Origin: Promethearchaeota archaeon
GTDB taxonomy: Archaea > Asgardarchaeota > Lokiarchaeia > Sigyniarchaeales > SOKP01
NCBI GenBank assembly: GCA_019057795.1
Contig: JAHLWS010000038.1
Location: 32,001 to 96,000, forward strand
Length of the DNA: 64,000 nt
Direction: 5' to 3'
Shown: one piece after another, positions 50,318 through 59,842 of the stretch
How the letters are laid out: the number at the start of each line of letters is the position of its first letter
Position numbering within the stretch: the stretch's first letter is position 1
Position numbers and translations under genes: made by a program
The notes under the pieces: generated by a model
What the model was told of the DNA's origin: nothing
Database searches by the model: none
The model's input: the letters and a program-made list of their open reading frames with translations, nothing else

Positions 50318-51229
50318 TTATTCTATTTTGATTTTAAAAGAAAGCTGACCGTCATCTAGTTTTATAATCTTCCCTCTCTTATCTTTTTCCAATATTTTAA
50401 ATATTTTTATAATATCTTTGTGGGGAAGCGTGTTAAAATCCTTGTTAGATTCTCTTATTTCAAATATTAATATTGGTTCTAATGGTGAAATTTCCATTGC
50501 CCAATCGTAGACTTCTTCGGCCCAATTATCCAAACTTTTCCAATAAACTCTTAATTTCTCTTTACTTTTTGATAACCATTCAGCTTGTTCTTGATTTACT
50601 AGTTCTTCAGCGATTTCCTTTAAAGCTGAATTGCGATTATCAAATTTGGAAAAGGGTTTCTCGAACTCTAACTTTCTTAGATATAATATATGAAGAATCG
50701 CGTACCGAGCATAGTCAAAAAAAACTTTGGACCACTCATCTTTCCAGGATTCGTAATCCTTAAGGTCTGTTTTTTTATTAGGAAGAGAAAACATGAAAAC
50801 ATATCTTTTTTCTTCGAGCCAAGGGTAATCGTTCAATAACAACTCGTAAGTTGAAATTTCTCTGGCAACAACACCCCTCTCTCTTATTATTTCTAATTCA
50901 ATCTCTTGAAGCTCTTTCTCGATTTGAGCGGCATTTTGTTTATAAGCTTTTTGATCGATTTCTCCTAGTTTTGATGTGAGAAAGTCTTCAATTTTATCTA
51001 AACGCGCTTCTATTTCTTCACTTGGTAATTTTTCGATTGTTTCTTCCTCAACAATTTCTTCTGTACTCCCTTCTTGTATCGATTCTTGCTTTTCTATCGT
51101 TTTTTGGCTTCTTAGTTCTTTTAACCGAGCTAATTCTTTCCTTAAGTCTTCAAGTTCCTTATCTGCTTTTTCTTTGACTTCTTTAGGAACTTCTTTCGGT
51201 TTTTCTTTTTGCCTTTCCATATTTCGCAA
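50318..51229 (-). CDS. ESCRT-II Vps25-like protein with charged N-terminal extension
   Basis: SWKDEWS, AEW......VYWKSLDNWAEEVYDWA, IFKILEKDKRGKII; co-oriented with Vps4. Confidence 0.8.
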   Translation of the reverse strand: MRNMERQKEKPKEVPKEVKEKADKELEDLRKELARLKELRSQKTIEKQESIQEGSTEEIVEEETIEKLPSEEIEARLDKIEDFLTSKLGEIDQKAYKQNAAQIEKELQEIELEIIRERGVVAREISTYELLLNDYPWLEEKRYVFMFSLPNKKTDLKDYESWKDEWSKVFFDYARYAILHILYLRKLEFEKPFSKFDNRNSALKEIAEELVNQEQAEWLSKSKEKLRVYWKSLDNWAEEVYDWAMEISPLEPILIFEIRESNKDFNTLPHKDIIKIFKILEKDKRGKIIKLDDGQLSFKIKIE

Positions 51230-51242
51230 CTTAAATTTTTAT

Positions 51243-52460
51243 TTAATATTCTCCAAAATCTTTTGCCCATTGTTCATATTGCTTTAGAGCAGCGCTAGTT
51301 GTCATTGGCTTAACTTTTTTTAATGTTTTAGTAAAATCTTTTAAATTAATATCCCTTACAATTACTTCTTGATCGTTGTTTTCTAAAAGTCCACTCATAT
51401 CTAATTCTCTAATTGGAAGCATAATAACTTCGCGACACACATTAGAAATATCTCTTCCAGAATATCCTTCAGATCTAACTCCTAATTCGACGAAATCTTC
51501 TTCAGTTAACGACATATTAATACCTGCGGTATGAATTTTAAAGATTCCAATTCTGGCTGTTAGATCTGGAAGCGGTACATATACTTTCTTTTCAAATCTA
51601 CTAAGCATAGCAGCGTCAATGTCCCAAGGTCGATTAGTAGCGCCTAAAACTAATAATGGTTTTTTAGAACCCGATCTAACGCCCTGAATTTCGCTTAACA
51701 ATTGCGTTTTTACCCGTCTTTCGCCTCCTCCTTCGTGCCCCTCGCCTCTTTTAGTTGCCACCGAGTCAATTTCATCCATAAAAATTAAACTTGGAGCTTT
51801 AATTCGAGCAACTTTAAAAAGCGAGCTAATTAACTTCTCACTTTCGCCTAACCATTTGCTTAATAAATCTGCGGATGAAACACTAAAAAATGTCGCTTCA
51901 CATTCCGTAGCAGCAGCTCTCGCTAATAGGGTTTTTCCACATCCAGGTGGACCAAACAATAATATGCCTGACCATGGTTTTCTTGCTCCCGTAAAAAGTT
52001 GGGGTTTCATAATTGGCAACACTATCGCTTCTCTTAAAGCTTGTTTAGACGACTTTAAGCCCGCAATATCGTTCCACCTTACATTAGGAGATTCTGTTAA
52101 TATTGTGCCTGAAATCGAATCTATAATTTCTTGTTCTTCAGCAGAATATTGTCCTTCCTCTCCTTTTCCCTCGCTATCTTTGGCTTCACTTGTACCCATA
52201 GAGGGTCTTCCTTTTCGAGCACGAGGGCCACTTAAATGTGCTTTAAGTACGTTAGCACGATTAATATACTGTTCAATTTGATCGCGACATTTTCTAATCA
52301 TTATTGGGTTTTTATTAAATTTTACGAATTGAATTAGGATTTCTGCGGCTCTTTGATATTTATTTAGCGCTTGTCTATATTGGCCCTTTTCGTCTAATGC
52401 AACTGCAGCTTGCGCTTCTTGAACAGCGTATTGATAAAGTTTACTGTCGACACTACTCAA
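51243..52460 (-). CDS. vps4: Vps4-like AAA ATPase with MIT domain
   Basis: MIT (AVALD..GQY..A...Y), PNVRWNDIAGL, GPPGCGKT, SKWLGESEK, DEID, ATNRPWDID, WAKDFG. Confidence 0.92.
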   Translation of the reverse strand: MSSVDSKLYQYAVQEAQAAVALDEKGQYRQALNKYQRAAEILIQFVKFNKNPIMIRKCRDQIEQYINRANVLKAHLSGPRARKGRPSMGTSEAKDSEGKGEEGQYSAEEQEIIDSISGTILTESPNVRWNDIAGLKSSKQALREAIVLPIMKPQLFTGARKPWSGILLFGPPGCGKTLLARAAATECEATFFSVSSADLLSKWLGESEKLISSLFKVARIKAPSLIFMDEIDSVATKRGEGHEGGGERRVKTQLLSEIQGVRSGSKKPLLVLGATNRPWDIDAAMLSRFEKKVYVPLPDLTARIGIFKIHTAGINMSLTEEDFVELGVRSEGYSGRDISNVCREVIMLPIRELDMSGLLENNDQEVIVRDINLKDFTKTLKKVKPMTTSAALKQYEQWAKDFGEY

Positions 52461-52689
52461 ATTTATAATAACCTTTTTAAATTAATTATTTATCTTGTTT
52501 ATCTTAAAAAATTATTAATATTTATAGATAATCTAGTTCGATACTTATTTTATTTATTAATACATCCAAATATATCAAATTTTCTCTTTAAAATTGTACT
52601 GTAAACATTGGTCTACAACAAAAAATTATATAATCTCGAGTTTTTAATATTATTATATAGTAATAACGAAAAAAGTGATGATTTAAGTA

Positions 52690-53316
52690 ATGGGTTTTTT
52701 AAAGGATATGTCAAAATGGCTCTCGGGTGGCCAAAAAACTGATTCTGTTCGTTCTGCTACCGTCAGGTTAAAAGTGTTCAACAAAAGATTGGCTCGCCAG
52801 GTGAGGAAAATGGAGATGTCGTCTAAATTAGCGAGAGATAAAGCCGTAAGACTTCGAAAAGCGGGTGATATGGACGGTTCAGAATTTCACGCGCGAAATT
52901 ATCTACAAGTTAAAAAACAAGCTAGAGCGATTGACCATTTCAGAACTAACTTAGAAGGAATGGTATTTAAATTGGAACAGGCTAACGCTGTTAAAGATAT
53001 TTCCGTTATCATGAGTGGTATTGCCACTAGTTTAGGTGCGTTAAAAAATCAGTTATCGGTTCCTCAGCTTACTGACTTGATGACCACAATTGGTATTGAT
53101 ATGGAAGATTTTTCTGTGGTTGAAGAAATAACATCTGACGGAATCGATGATATGACGCTCGATACAGCAGTTACCGATAACCAAGTTAAGGAAATATTAG
53201 GCGAAATCGATGCTGAGATACAAGTTGAAGTAGGTGGAGCATTACCTTCGGTTGATCCCGATGGAAAGGTAAAAGAATTAGAAGATGAATTAAACAAATT
53301 GAAGTCGCGAGATTAG
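52690..53316 (+). CDS. ESCRT-III Snf7-family protein (Vps2/24/46-like)
   Basis: Basic helical N-half, acidic C-half, terminal MIM1-like ELEDELNKLK. Confidence 0.85.
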   Translation: MGFLKDMSKWLSGGQKTDSVRSATVRLKVFNKRLARQVRKMEMSSKLARDKAVRLRKAGDMDGSEFHARNYLQVKKQARAIDHFRTNLEGMVFKLEQANAVKDISVIMSGIATSLGALKNQLSVPQLTDLMTTIGIDMEDFSVVEEITSDGIDDMTLDTAVTDNQVKEILGEIDAEIQVEVGGALPSVDPDGKVKELEDELNKLKSRD

Positions 53317-53420
53317 ATTTTTTTTTTCTAAGTTTCCCTTTTTAACTACCAAGCAAAATTATTTAAGCTAAAACTCTATTTTTAATTTATTCTCTAATTC
53401 AATATTTAAAAGTGTTAAAA

Positions 53421-54428
53421 ATGAATCCAGAATTAATAACGATTGGTAGTTGTACTCTTGATTGTATGCTACAAGTTAAAGATATCCTTAGATTTGAATT
53501 GTTTGATAAAGAAATTGTTAAAAAATACACTGCAATTGAATACAGTCGTAAACTGAATATTGAGGGCGTTTTATTTGTTCCTGGAGGTTCTGCTGCTAAC
53601 ATAGCGTCAAATTGTGCGATGTTGGGGTTAAAAAGCACATATATCGGAGTAATAGGGAACGATTTTTCGGCAAGTATTTGTCTAGAAGATATGAAAAAAA
53701 GAGGAGTAGATCTTTCAAGTGTCATTCAAACTGATGACGATTGTACGGCGTTCTCAGTAATTTTAAAAACCGAGTGGGGAAAAGACAGAAGTATTCTTGC
53801 GTATAAAGGCGCAAATAACATGTTAAAACCTGAGGATGTGAAAGACGATTTGTTTCATAATATTAAAGCGTTTGCTTGGACATCGTTAACAACCGAAAAT
53901 GGTTGTAGAGCAATTGAGAAAGCACTGACGCTCACATTAGAAAATGGTGGTCAAGTATTTGCTGCACCTAGCATGTCAATTATAAAAAACAACCCAAAAT
54001 GGGCAAAAATTCTTATTTCAAACTCAAATGTAGTTTCATTAAATAAAGAAGAGGCTCAAGAGTTTACAAGCGAGACAGATATAGTTCATATGATTCATAC
54101 TTTTTTAGATCTTGGTATAAAATTAATTTCAATTACCGATGGTCCTAATGGCTCAATTATATCTGATGGTAAACATATTGTGAACAGTTCAATTTACGAG
54201 GGACCGGTAGAAGACACCACAGGAGCAGGAGACGCTTTTCTAAGCGGGCTTCTAATGTCCCAACTAAACGAGTTTAGTCTCGAGAAATCGTCAAAGATGG
54301 CAACAGCAATGTCTTATTTAGAAAGCAGAGAAGTCGGGGTTCGAGAGGGCTTACCTAATAGCTTACGTGAATTAGAAGACTTTATCGCTAATAATGAGAT
54401 AAAACAAAAAGTTTCACAGATTGTTTAA
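53421..54428 (+). CDS. PfkB family carbohydrate kinase
   Basis: PGGSAAN, N..EA, DTTGAGDAF. Confidence 0.92.
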   Translation: MNPELITIGSCTLDCMLQVKDILRFELFDKEIVKKYTAIEYSRKLNIEGVLFVPGGSAANIASNCAMLGLKSTYIGVIGNDFSASICLEDMKKRGVDLSSVIQTDDDCTAFSVILKTEWGKDRSILAYKGANNMLKPEDVKDDLFHNIKAFAWTSLTTENGCRAIEKALTLTLENGGQVFAAPSMSIIKNNPKWAKILISNSNVVSLNKEEAQEFTSETDIVHMIHTFLDLGIKLISITDGPNGSIISDGKHIVNSSIYEGPVEDTTGAGDAFLSGLLMSQLNEFSLEKSSKMATAMSYLESREVGVREGLPNSLRELEDFIANNEIKQKVSQIV

Positions 54429-54634
54429 TTGAATGATTAGCTAAAAGAACACAGAACATAGAATAAGATATATAAGGAAAAAAGTAAGTATAATAAATGT
54501 TACATCTAATGTAGAAGTGAATTCTGAATTAAGAAATTAAACCTTGTTACCTTCTTTATATCAACTCATATTAAAGCAATAAATTTTAATTTCTTAATAT
54601 ATTTTTTATATCGTTAAACGACTTATACTAAAAA

Positions 54635-54766
54635 GCGCTGCTAGTATAGATTCTATTAAACGTCTTAATAGAATGTAGATTGGTCAGTATACACCAATGT
54701 TGCAAAGCAATATGGGTAAAACAGGTTGCCAACTTGGTGACCCGGGTTCGATTCCCGGGCGGCGCA
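54635..54766 (+). tRNA. tRNA-Gly(GCC) with two introns (about 54650-54678 in the D-loop, about 54698-54724 in the anticodon stem)
   Basis: After removing both inserts: acceptor GCGCTGC/GCGGCGC, D-stem GTAT/ATAC, anticodon stem CCAAG/CTTGG with loop TT-GCC-AA, T-arm CCGGG-TTCGATT-CCCGG. Confidence 0.85.
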
Positions 54767-54838
54767 CTTCTCTTAACAGATAGTTTTATTTCAAGTCAAA
54801 TCAGTTAATTATAAATAGACAATTTGTTAAGAAATATT

Positions 54839-55036
54839 ATGGGAAAGAAAAAGAAGAAGTCTCGAAAAAAGTTGCTGCAACATGCCATAAGTTATCAACA
54901 TCAATATAATATACAACAAGAAAAAATAAAGAACAATCCCCAATCACTTTCCGTATCGCATTGGAAGAAAGAAAAAGAGAACTTCTTATCTCATATGAAT
55001 TATTATTTATTAAAAGCAAAGGTTGATACAATATGA
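54839..55036 (+). CDS. Small basic protein (candidate toxin)
   Basis: Lys-rich; QEKI..NP.....HWKKE..F; overlaps the next gene by ATGA. Confidence 0.55.
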   Translation: MGKKKKKSRKKLLQHAISYQHQYNIQQEKIKNNPQSLSVSHWKKEKENFLSHMNYYLLKAKVDTI

Positions 55037-55254
55037 CTTTATCTAATAAAATGATTGAGAGATTTAAAAATAAACCGGATCAGAGTATGTGGAATTATAT
55101 TATAGCACTTCAACAACTTCAAAACGCTCTTTTTGAACTGGAAAAGGATGAAAATGACCATGAAATACTTCAGGATTTATCCAAGCGTGCGTTAGATATA
55201 GGAAAAGATCTAGAAAAATTATTAAATTTGATGGAGAACAATTTAGAAGAATAG
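55033..55254 (+). CDS. Small acidic helical protein (candidate antitoxin/immunity protein)
   Basis: Translationally coupled to the upstream ORF; Glu/Asp-rich. Confidence 0.6.
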   Translation: MTLSNKMIERFKNKPDQSMWNYIIALQQLQNALFELEKDENDHEILQDLSKRALDIGKDLEKLLNLMENNLEE

Positions 55255-55287
55255 GATAACCTTAGTTAACAATTTCTTTCCGCAATC

Positions 55288-55320
55288 ACTTGGCGACCCT
55301 GGTTCGATTCCCGGGTGGCA
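55288..55320 (+). repeat. Degenerate copy of the tRNA-Gly 3' half (attR-like)
   Basis: acttggcgaccctggttcgattcccgggtggca vs 54732-54764, 29/33 identical. Confidence 0.85.
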
Positions 55321-55400
55321 TATTTATAAATTGATCATTTAGAAATAATTTAATATTGTTTATATTTGATAGAGTAAGGGATTTTTCAAGGTAATTCCAG

Positions 55401-56193
55401 ATGGATGATAAAGAAGTTGGCAAACATTGGGATGAGAACGCAGAAAATTGGACAAGACTGGCCAGAATGGGATATGATCGATGTAGAGATCTAATTAATT
55501 CACCTGCCTTTTTCAAAATTTTGCCCGATATTTCAAACTTAATAGGTTTAGACATTGGTTGTGGAGAAGGATACAACACCAGAATTGCTACAAAAAAAGG
55601 AGCAAAATTAACGGCAATTGATATTTCTAAAGTGTTTATCAAATACGCAAAAGAAAAAGAACAGCAAGAACCATTAGGAATTATATATAAAGTTTCAAGT
55701 GCAACAAAGCTTCCATATCCAGATAACAATTTTGATTTTGCAATAGCTACTATGAGTCTGATGGATATCGCAGAAACCGAAGAAGCAATAGCCTGAAGCC
55801 TATAGAGTTATAAAACCTGGTGGTTTCTTCCAATTTTCAATTTCTCATCCTTGTTTTGCAACTCCTAGATGGGAATGGGTCAAGGATAAAGAAGGTAGAA
55901 GGACTGGATTAATTGTAGGGGATTATTTTAAAAAATATAATGGTGAGATTAAAGAATGGATCTTTGGAGCGGCTCCAAAAGATATGACCGATAAAATGAG
56001 AAAATTTAGAATTCCCCGATTTAATATGATACTATCAGAATGGCTCAATTTACTGATTGCAAAAGGTTTTATTTTAGAGGAATTTTGCGAACCTTATCCT
56101 GATGATGATGTTTTAAAAAATTATCCAGGAGAGCATGATAGCACAATTATACCCTATTTTTTGATTGTTCGCTGTCGAAAACCGAATAACTAG
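55401..56193 (+). pseudogene. Class I SAM methyltransferase split by a 1-bp frameshift
   Basis: LDIGCGEG; removing one base near 55794 restores EAIAEAYRVIKPGG and an open frame to 56193. Confidence 0.85.
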
Positions 56194-56285
56194 ACTTTTA
56201 CGATTTTACAAATTTTCGTGAAAGGACTGTTTCACGATCTGTATCACTTGAATTCTAAAAATAAAAAAAAAAGTTAAAATTTTTA

Positions 56286-57992
56286 TTATCTATTAATTAT
56301 TGGTATCGGTTCTTTCAAACCATAATGAAGTGCTAAAAATCCCATGACTGATGCATAAATTGCTAAACCTGGCCAAAGAGAAGCCCATGGAGCAGTGTAT
56401 AAATATGTTCTTTCAGAATTGACATTAGATCCTAATTGTACTAGCAAAGGATCGGAAAATCCAAGGAAACCTATTGCTTCGAATAACAAAATATTGAATG
56501 CCATGAATAACGGGAAATATACAATTAATTTCTTTGCGGTTAACTTTAAGCTGTAATTTCCCTTACTGATTATTAAAGTGACCCAAGGTATCGTAAACAT
56601 TGCCATAATATTTGTTATCACTGAGATATTTCCTACTCCCCAAGTACAAAATAACCTTATTAAACCTAGTACGCTGGGTATTATGAAAAGGATTACCATG
56701 AATCCCAATACAAATCCTTTTACCCACCTATGAACTTTAGATAAATAACCAAATAATATTCCAATCGTAATTCCTATGAGAACAGGCAGGATACAAACTT
56801 TCATCAATGTTGATACACCATATACCAATAATGCAAGTACATCGCGTCCAGATGTAGATTGTCCTAAGGGGTGAGCCTCAGATGGCGGAGCCCAAGCACC
56901 TGGATAAACGTCAATTGCTTCTTCTAAAGTCAATGGCGTTAATATCTGTGGAAATACAGATACTATTATTGTGAATACCACTACAGCTATTCCTATTATT
57001 GTTAATGGAGATTTTAGCCGATAAAAAATAAAATCTTTAAATTTTTGGTCTGAATCGATAATATATTGAGTACCTTCTTCAATGATTCGCTCGGATTTCC
57101 CAAAATACTTAGTAAAAATTGGTGATTGGCTTTCCTCTGAGATAAAATTGTAAATTGTGTATCCTATATTCGATAGGAATAGAATAATTGCGGGAAGTAA
57201 GATTAGGATAAATAAGTATACTCTGTATAACCAATAGTCATAGCATAGATTAACATTTATAAAAAGACTAAAAAATCCATTTAATTCAAAGATAACTTCG
57301 AGAAGGAGAATACTTGCAATTAGAACGCTTAAATTTATAATTATCTGCAAGTTATTGGATAAAATATGTTTTTCCTCTGATTTCTTCAAATAATTAGAAC
57401 GAACTTGTCTTGTCGTGAGAAATAAAGTTAACAGAAATAAGATACAAGCCGGTAAAAATGGATCTCCCTCTGTTGGAAAAAGTCCCATTTGATAAGCTAA
57501 AATGTATTGGAACCACATCCCTACAAAAAACATTGGCATCGAAATACCTAAAATAACAAGGATTTGAATAAACACTTTAACTGATTTATATCTAACTTTA
57601 ACTGATAATATACCTAGAAAAATACCTACAATTAAACCTAAAACAATCGGTAATATTGTAAAACGTAAACTTGCTAGAATCCTCGGAATCAAAAGTTCAA
57701 TTATAGGCATACCTTGCGCAATATAAACAGAAATCCCTAGATTTCCTGAAAAGAGCTCAGAAAGATACCTAAAGAACTGGACAATCAAAGGTTGATCAAA
57801 ACCTAATAGTTGATACGCTGCATTATATTCTGCTGCTGAAGGATGATGAACACCTTGACCTTGTAGATATACAATAACTGGATCACCGGGAAGTAACAGA
57901 AGAAACTGAAAACTCAGAACCAATCCGAAAAATAATAGCAAGATAGGGAGTAAAATAGTATAGAGTATGTTTCTATTAACAACTTTTAACAT
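56286..57992 (-). CDS. Fused DppB-DppC-like ABC permease, atypical
   Basis: LPGDP...GFDQPL..QF..YL (DppB); PPSEAHPLG....GRD and APWASLWPG (DppC). Confidence 0.8.
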   Translation of the reverse strand: MLKVVNRNILYTILLPILLLFFGLVLSFQFLLLLPGDPVIVYLQGQGVHHPSAAEYNAAYQLLGFDQPLIVQFFRYLSELFSGNLGISVYIAQGMPIIELLIPRILASLRFTILPIVLGLIVGIFLGILSVKVRYKSVKVFIQILVILGISMPMFFVGMWFQYILAYQMGLFPTEGDPFLPACILFLLTLFLTTRQVRSNYLKKSEEKHILSNNLQIIINLSVLIASILLLEVIFELNGFFSLFINVNLCYDYWLYRVYLFILILLPAIILFLSNIGYTIYNFISEESQSPIFTKYFGKSERIIEEGTQYIIDSDQKFKDFIFYRLKSPLTIIGIAVVVFTIIVSVFPQILTPLTLEEAIDVYPGAWAPPSEAHPLGQSTSGRDVLALLVYGVSTLMKVCILPVLIGITIGILFGYLSKVHRWVKGFVLGFMVILFIIPSVLGLIRLFCTWGVGNISVITNIMAMFTIPWVTLIISKGNYSLKLTAKKLIVYFPLFMAFNILLFEAIGFLGFSDPLLVQLGSNVNSERTYLYTAPWASLWPGLAIYASVMGFLALHYGLKEPIPIINR

Positions 57993-58106
57993 TTTCTTTT
58001 TTCTTTTTTTTTTTAATAAATGAAGATAACATAATTCATTAAGATACTGAAATATATAAGTGTGATAAAATCATCTACTATAGGGTGATTTTTAATTCTA
58101 AAAGCG

Positions 58107-58319
58107 ATGAAACCGTTTGGTTTAGCACTTAAAGACTATTGGGATGGAAATAAACTTGCAAAAGTTATATTTCATCGAGATGATGGATTAGTTGATGATT
58201 ATTTTGTTAGTCATTGCTTTAGGAAACCTGAGGATTTTTCAGAATTAGAAAAAAAGGCATTAGAATCGTGTTTCGGGAAAGTTTTTAATTTAGAAGCGGG
58301 TGTATTTTCAAATAATTAA
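58107..58319 (+). pseudogene. Truncated N-terminus of a SAM methyltransferase
   Basis: PFGLALKDY...RDDG...LEKKAL..CFGKVFNLEAG; ends at a degenerate motif I. Confidence 0.6.
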
Positions 58320-58336
58320 AATAAAAAAAATCTTAC

Positions 58337-59188
58337 TTACAGAGTTCCAAGAAAATTTGAAACCTTTGAAGATTTAGGAACCTCAACCTTGAAATAATTC
58401 TCAACGATTTCAAAAAGAAAATCGAGATATGCTAGTTGGATTTTTACATTGTGAATTCTAGATAAATCTCCAATTATTTTTTTCGAGTAAACCTTCTCTT
58501 TCTTTTTTAAACCTTTAACTATGTCTGCTATCGTTTCAGATAATTCGTAAGCTTTTTGAAGTCCATTTTGTAGATATATTAAACTGGCTCCTGGCTCATA
58601 TTCCTCTAAAAATTTCTGAACTAAGGATCTTTCTACACCTAATTTTTTTACATCAATAATACCATCGTCGTCCTTTATAACATCCTTACGGTTAAAGACA
58701 ATATAATCGTTATAACTTTCGTTATTATATTGATCTTTTGAAATGACAACAAGCTCAGTTTTAAAAGAATTTATTGTTATATAATCAAAAAACCTTCGAA
58801 CATCATCCAACATAAATATCTGGTCAAAAATTAAAACGATCTTTCTCTTACATAATATAGCTCTAAGTATGTAAGCGATTAAAGAAGCAGACAAATTAAG
58901 TTTGATTAAACTTACATTAATTGAATCAAGTTGAGCGGAGTCCTTAGGTTCTATGCTTTTTTTCGGAATTATCTCAGGAAGTTCTAATTGGAAATCTGTC
59001 GTAAATGTGTCTCTCACTGAGAAGTTCTTATCTATGTAAGCAACGAAAGAATGCTCGCAAATAAATCCTTCCGACACATTTACTGCAAACACCCCTCTTT
59101 TAGCTTTTTCTACCTCGCCTTCAGAAACTTCAATAAAGCCTCTAGCTGCACATGAGGGGCAACGAACTTCTATTTTCTTCATATTCAA
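58337..59188 (-). CDS. Zinc-ribbon-containing hypothetical protein
   Basis: CPSC...ICEHSF..YIDKNFSVRD. Confidence 0.7.
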   Translation of the reverse strand: MNMKKIEVRCPSCAARGFIEVSEGEVEKAKRGVFAVNVSEGFICEHSFVAYIDKNFSVRDTFTTDFQLELPEIIPKKSIEPKDSAQLDSINVSLIKLNLSASLIAYILRAILCKRKIVLIFDQIFMLDDVRRFFDYITINSFKTELVVISKDQYNNESYNDYIVFNRKDVIKDDDGIIDVKKLGVERSLVQKFLEEYEPGASLIYLQNGLQKAYELSETIADIVKGLKKKEKVYSKKIIGDLSRIHNVKIQLAYLDFLFEIVENYFKVEVPKSSKVSNFLGTL

Positions 59189-59337
59189 AAATCTTAATGA
59201 AAGTAATATAATTTAAAAGTTCCGATTAAATACGAACTGTAATTAATTTTTAATTACTTTAATATTTAAATGTTAACTGAGTTAATTAATTGAAATCGTT
59301 AATTTATATACAGTTTTGTTTAATTTCTCTAATTTTT

Positions 59338-59817
59338 CTATATTCTTTGGATTTTTGCGTATTTTTTTTCAATAAAATTAGCTATTAGTAAGGAAACTAA
59401 TGTCGCTAAATTCTCCGCAATTAAAAATGACATGATATTGTTTAGGAAAGTATAACATATTCCATATGTACTAAAAAACAGAATAGTAAAAATAGGGAAA
59501 GTTATAATTAAAGGTCTCACAATTGGAAAGTGCAAGAATTTTTGAATTTTCGAAGTCTTTTGTCGCGATTTACTAAATTGACTTTTTAATTTTTTCTTTC
59601 TTTCGACTTGAGCAAATGATTCAAAAATAATAACTACGCCAAAAAATAAGGCTACTGTTGCTCCAATAGGGATTAGAATTACAACCAGATGATTACCTAC
59701 GTTTAAAAGGTATTGAGCTACAAATATAAAAAATACCTGGAAAAGCCCACAAGCACCGAATAGCATAAAAGCAATCGATATATATTCCTTAGATGACCAG
59801 CGAAATTTTATTGGCAT
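59338..59817 (-). CDS. 4-TM hypothetical membrane protein
   Basis: Four hydrophobic segments; lies directly downstream of tRNA-Val. Confidence 0.7.
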   Translation of the reverse strand: MPIKFRWSSKEYISIAFMLFGACGLFQVFFIFVAQYLLNVGNHLVVILIPIGATVALFFGVVIIFESFAQVERKKKLKSQFSKSRQKTSKIQKFLHFPIVRPLIITFPIFTILFFSTYGICYTFLNNIMSFLIAENLATLVSLLIANFIEKKYAKIQRI

Positions 59818-59842
59818 TTTAATCTAATTCTTTTCTGTGTTT

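Noticed and set aside
1106-53725. Many short ORFs overlapping larger genes (e.g. 1106-1426, 8090-8398, 24683-25060, 51856-52281)
   Set aside because: Antisense or alternate-frame shadows of well-supported genes, with no motifs
55288-55320. Split-tRNA 3' half
   Set aside because: T-stem mismatch and degenerate acceptor end, no complementary leader; an att scar fits better
55286-55729. 147-aa minus-strand ORF
   Set aside because: Antisense shadow of the methyltransferase and the tRNA fragment
55794-55796. TGA as selenocysteine readthrough
   Set aside because: The family sequence continues in a different frame, so this is a frameshift; the site is not a Cys-equivalent position
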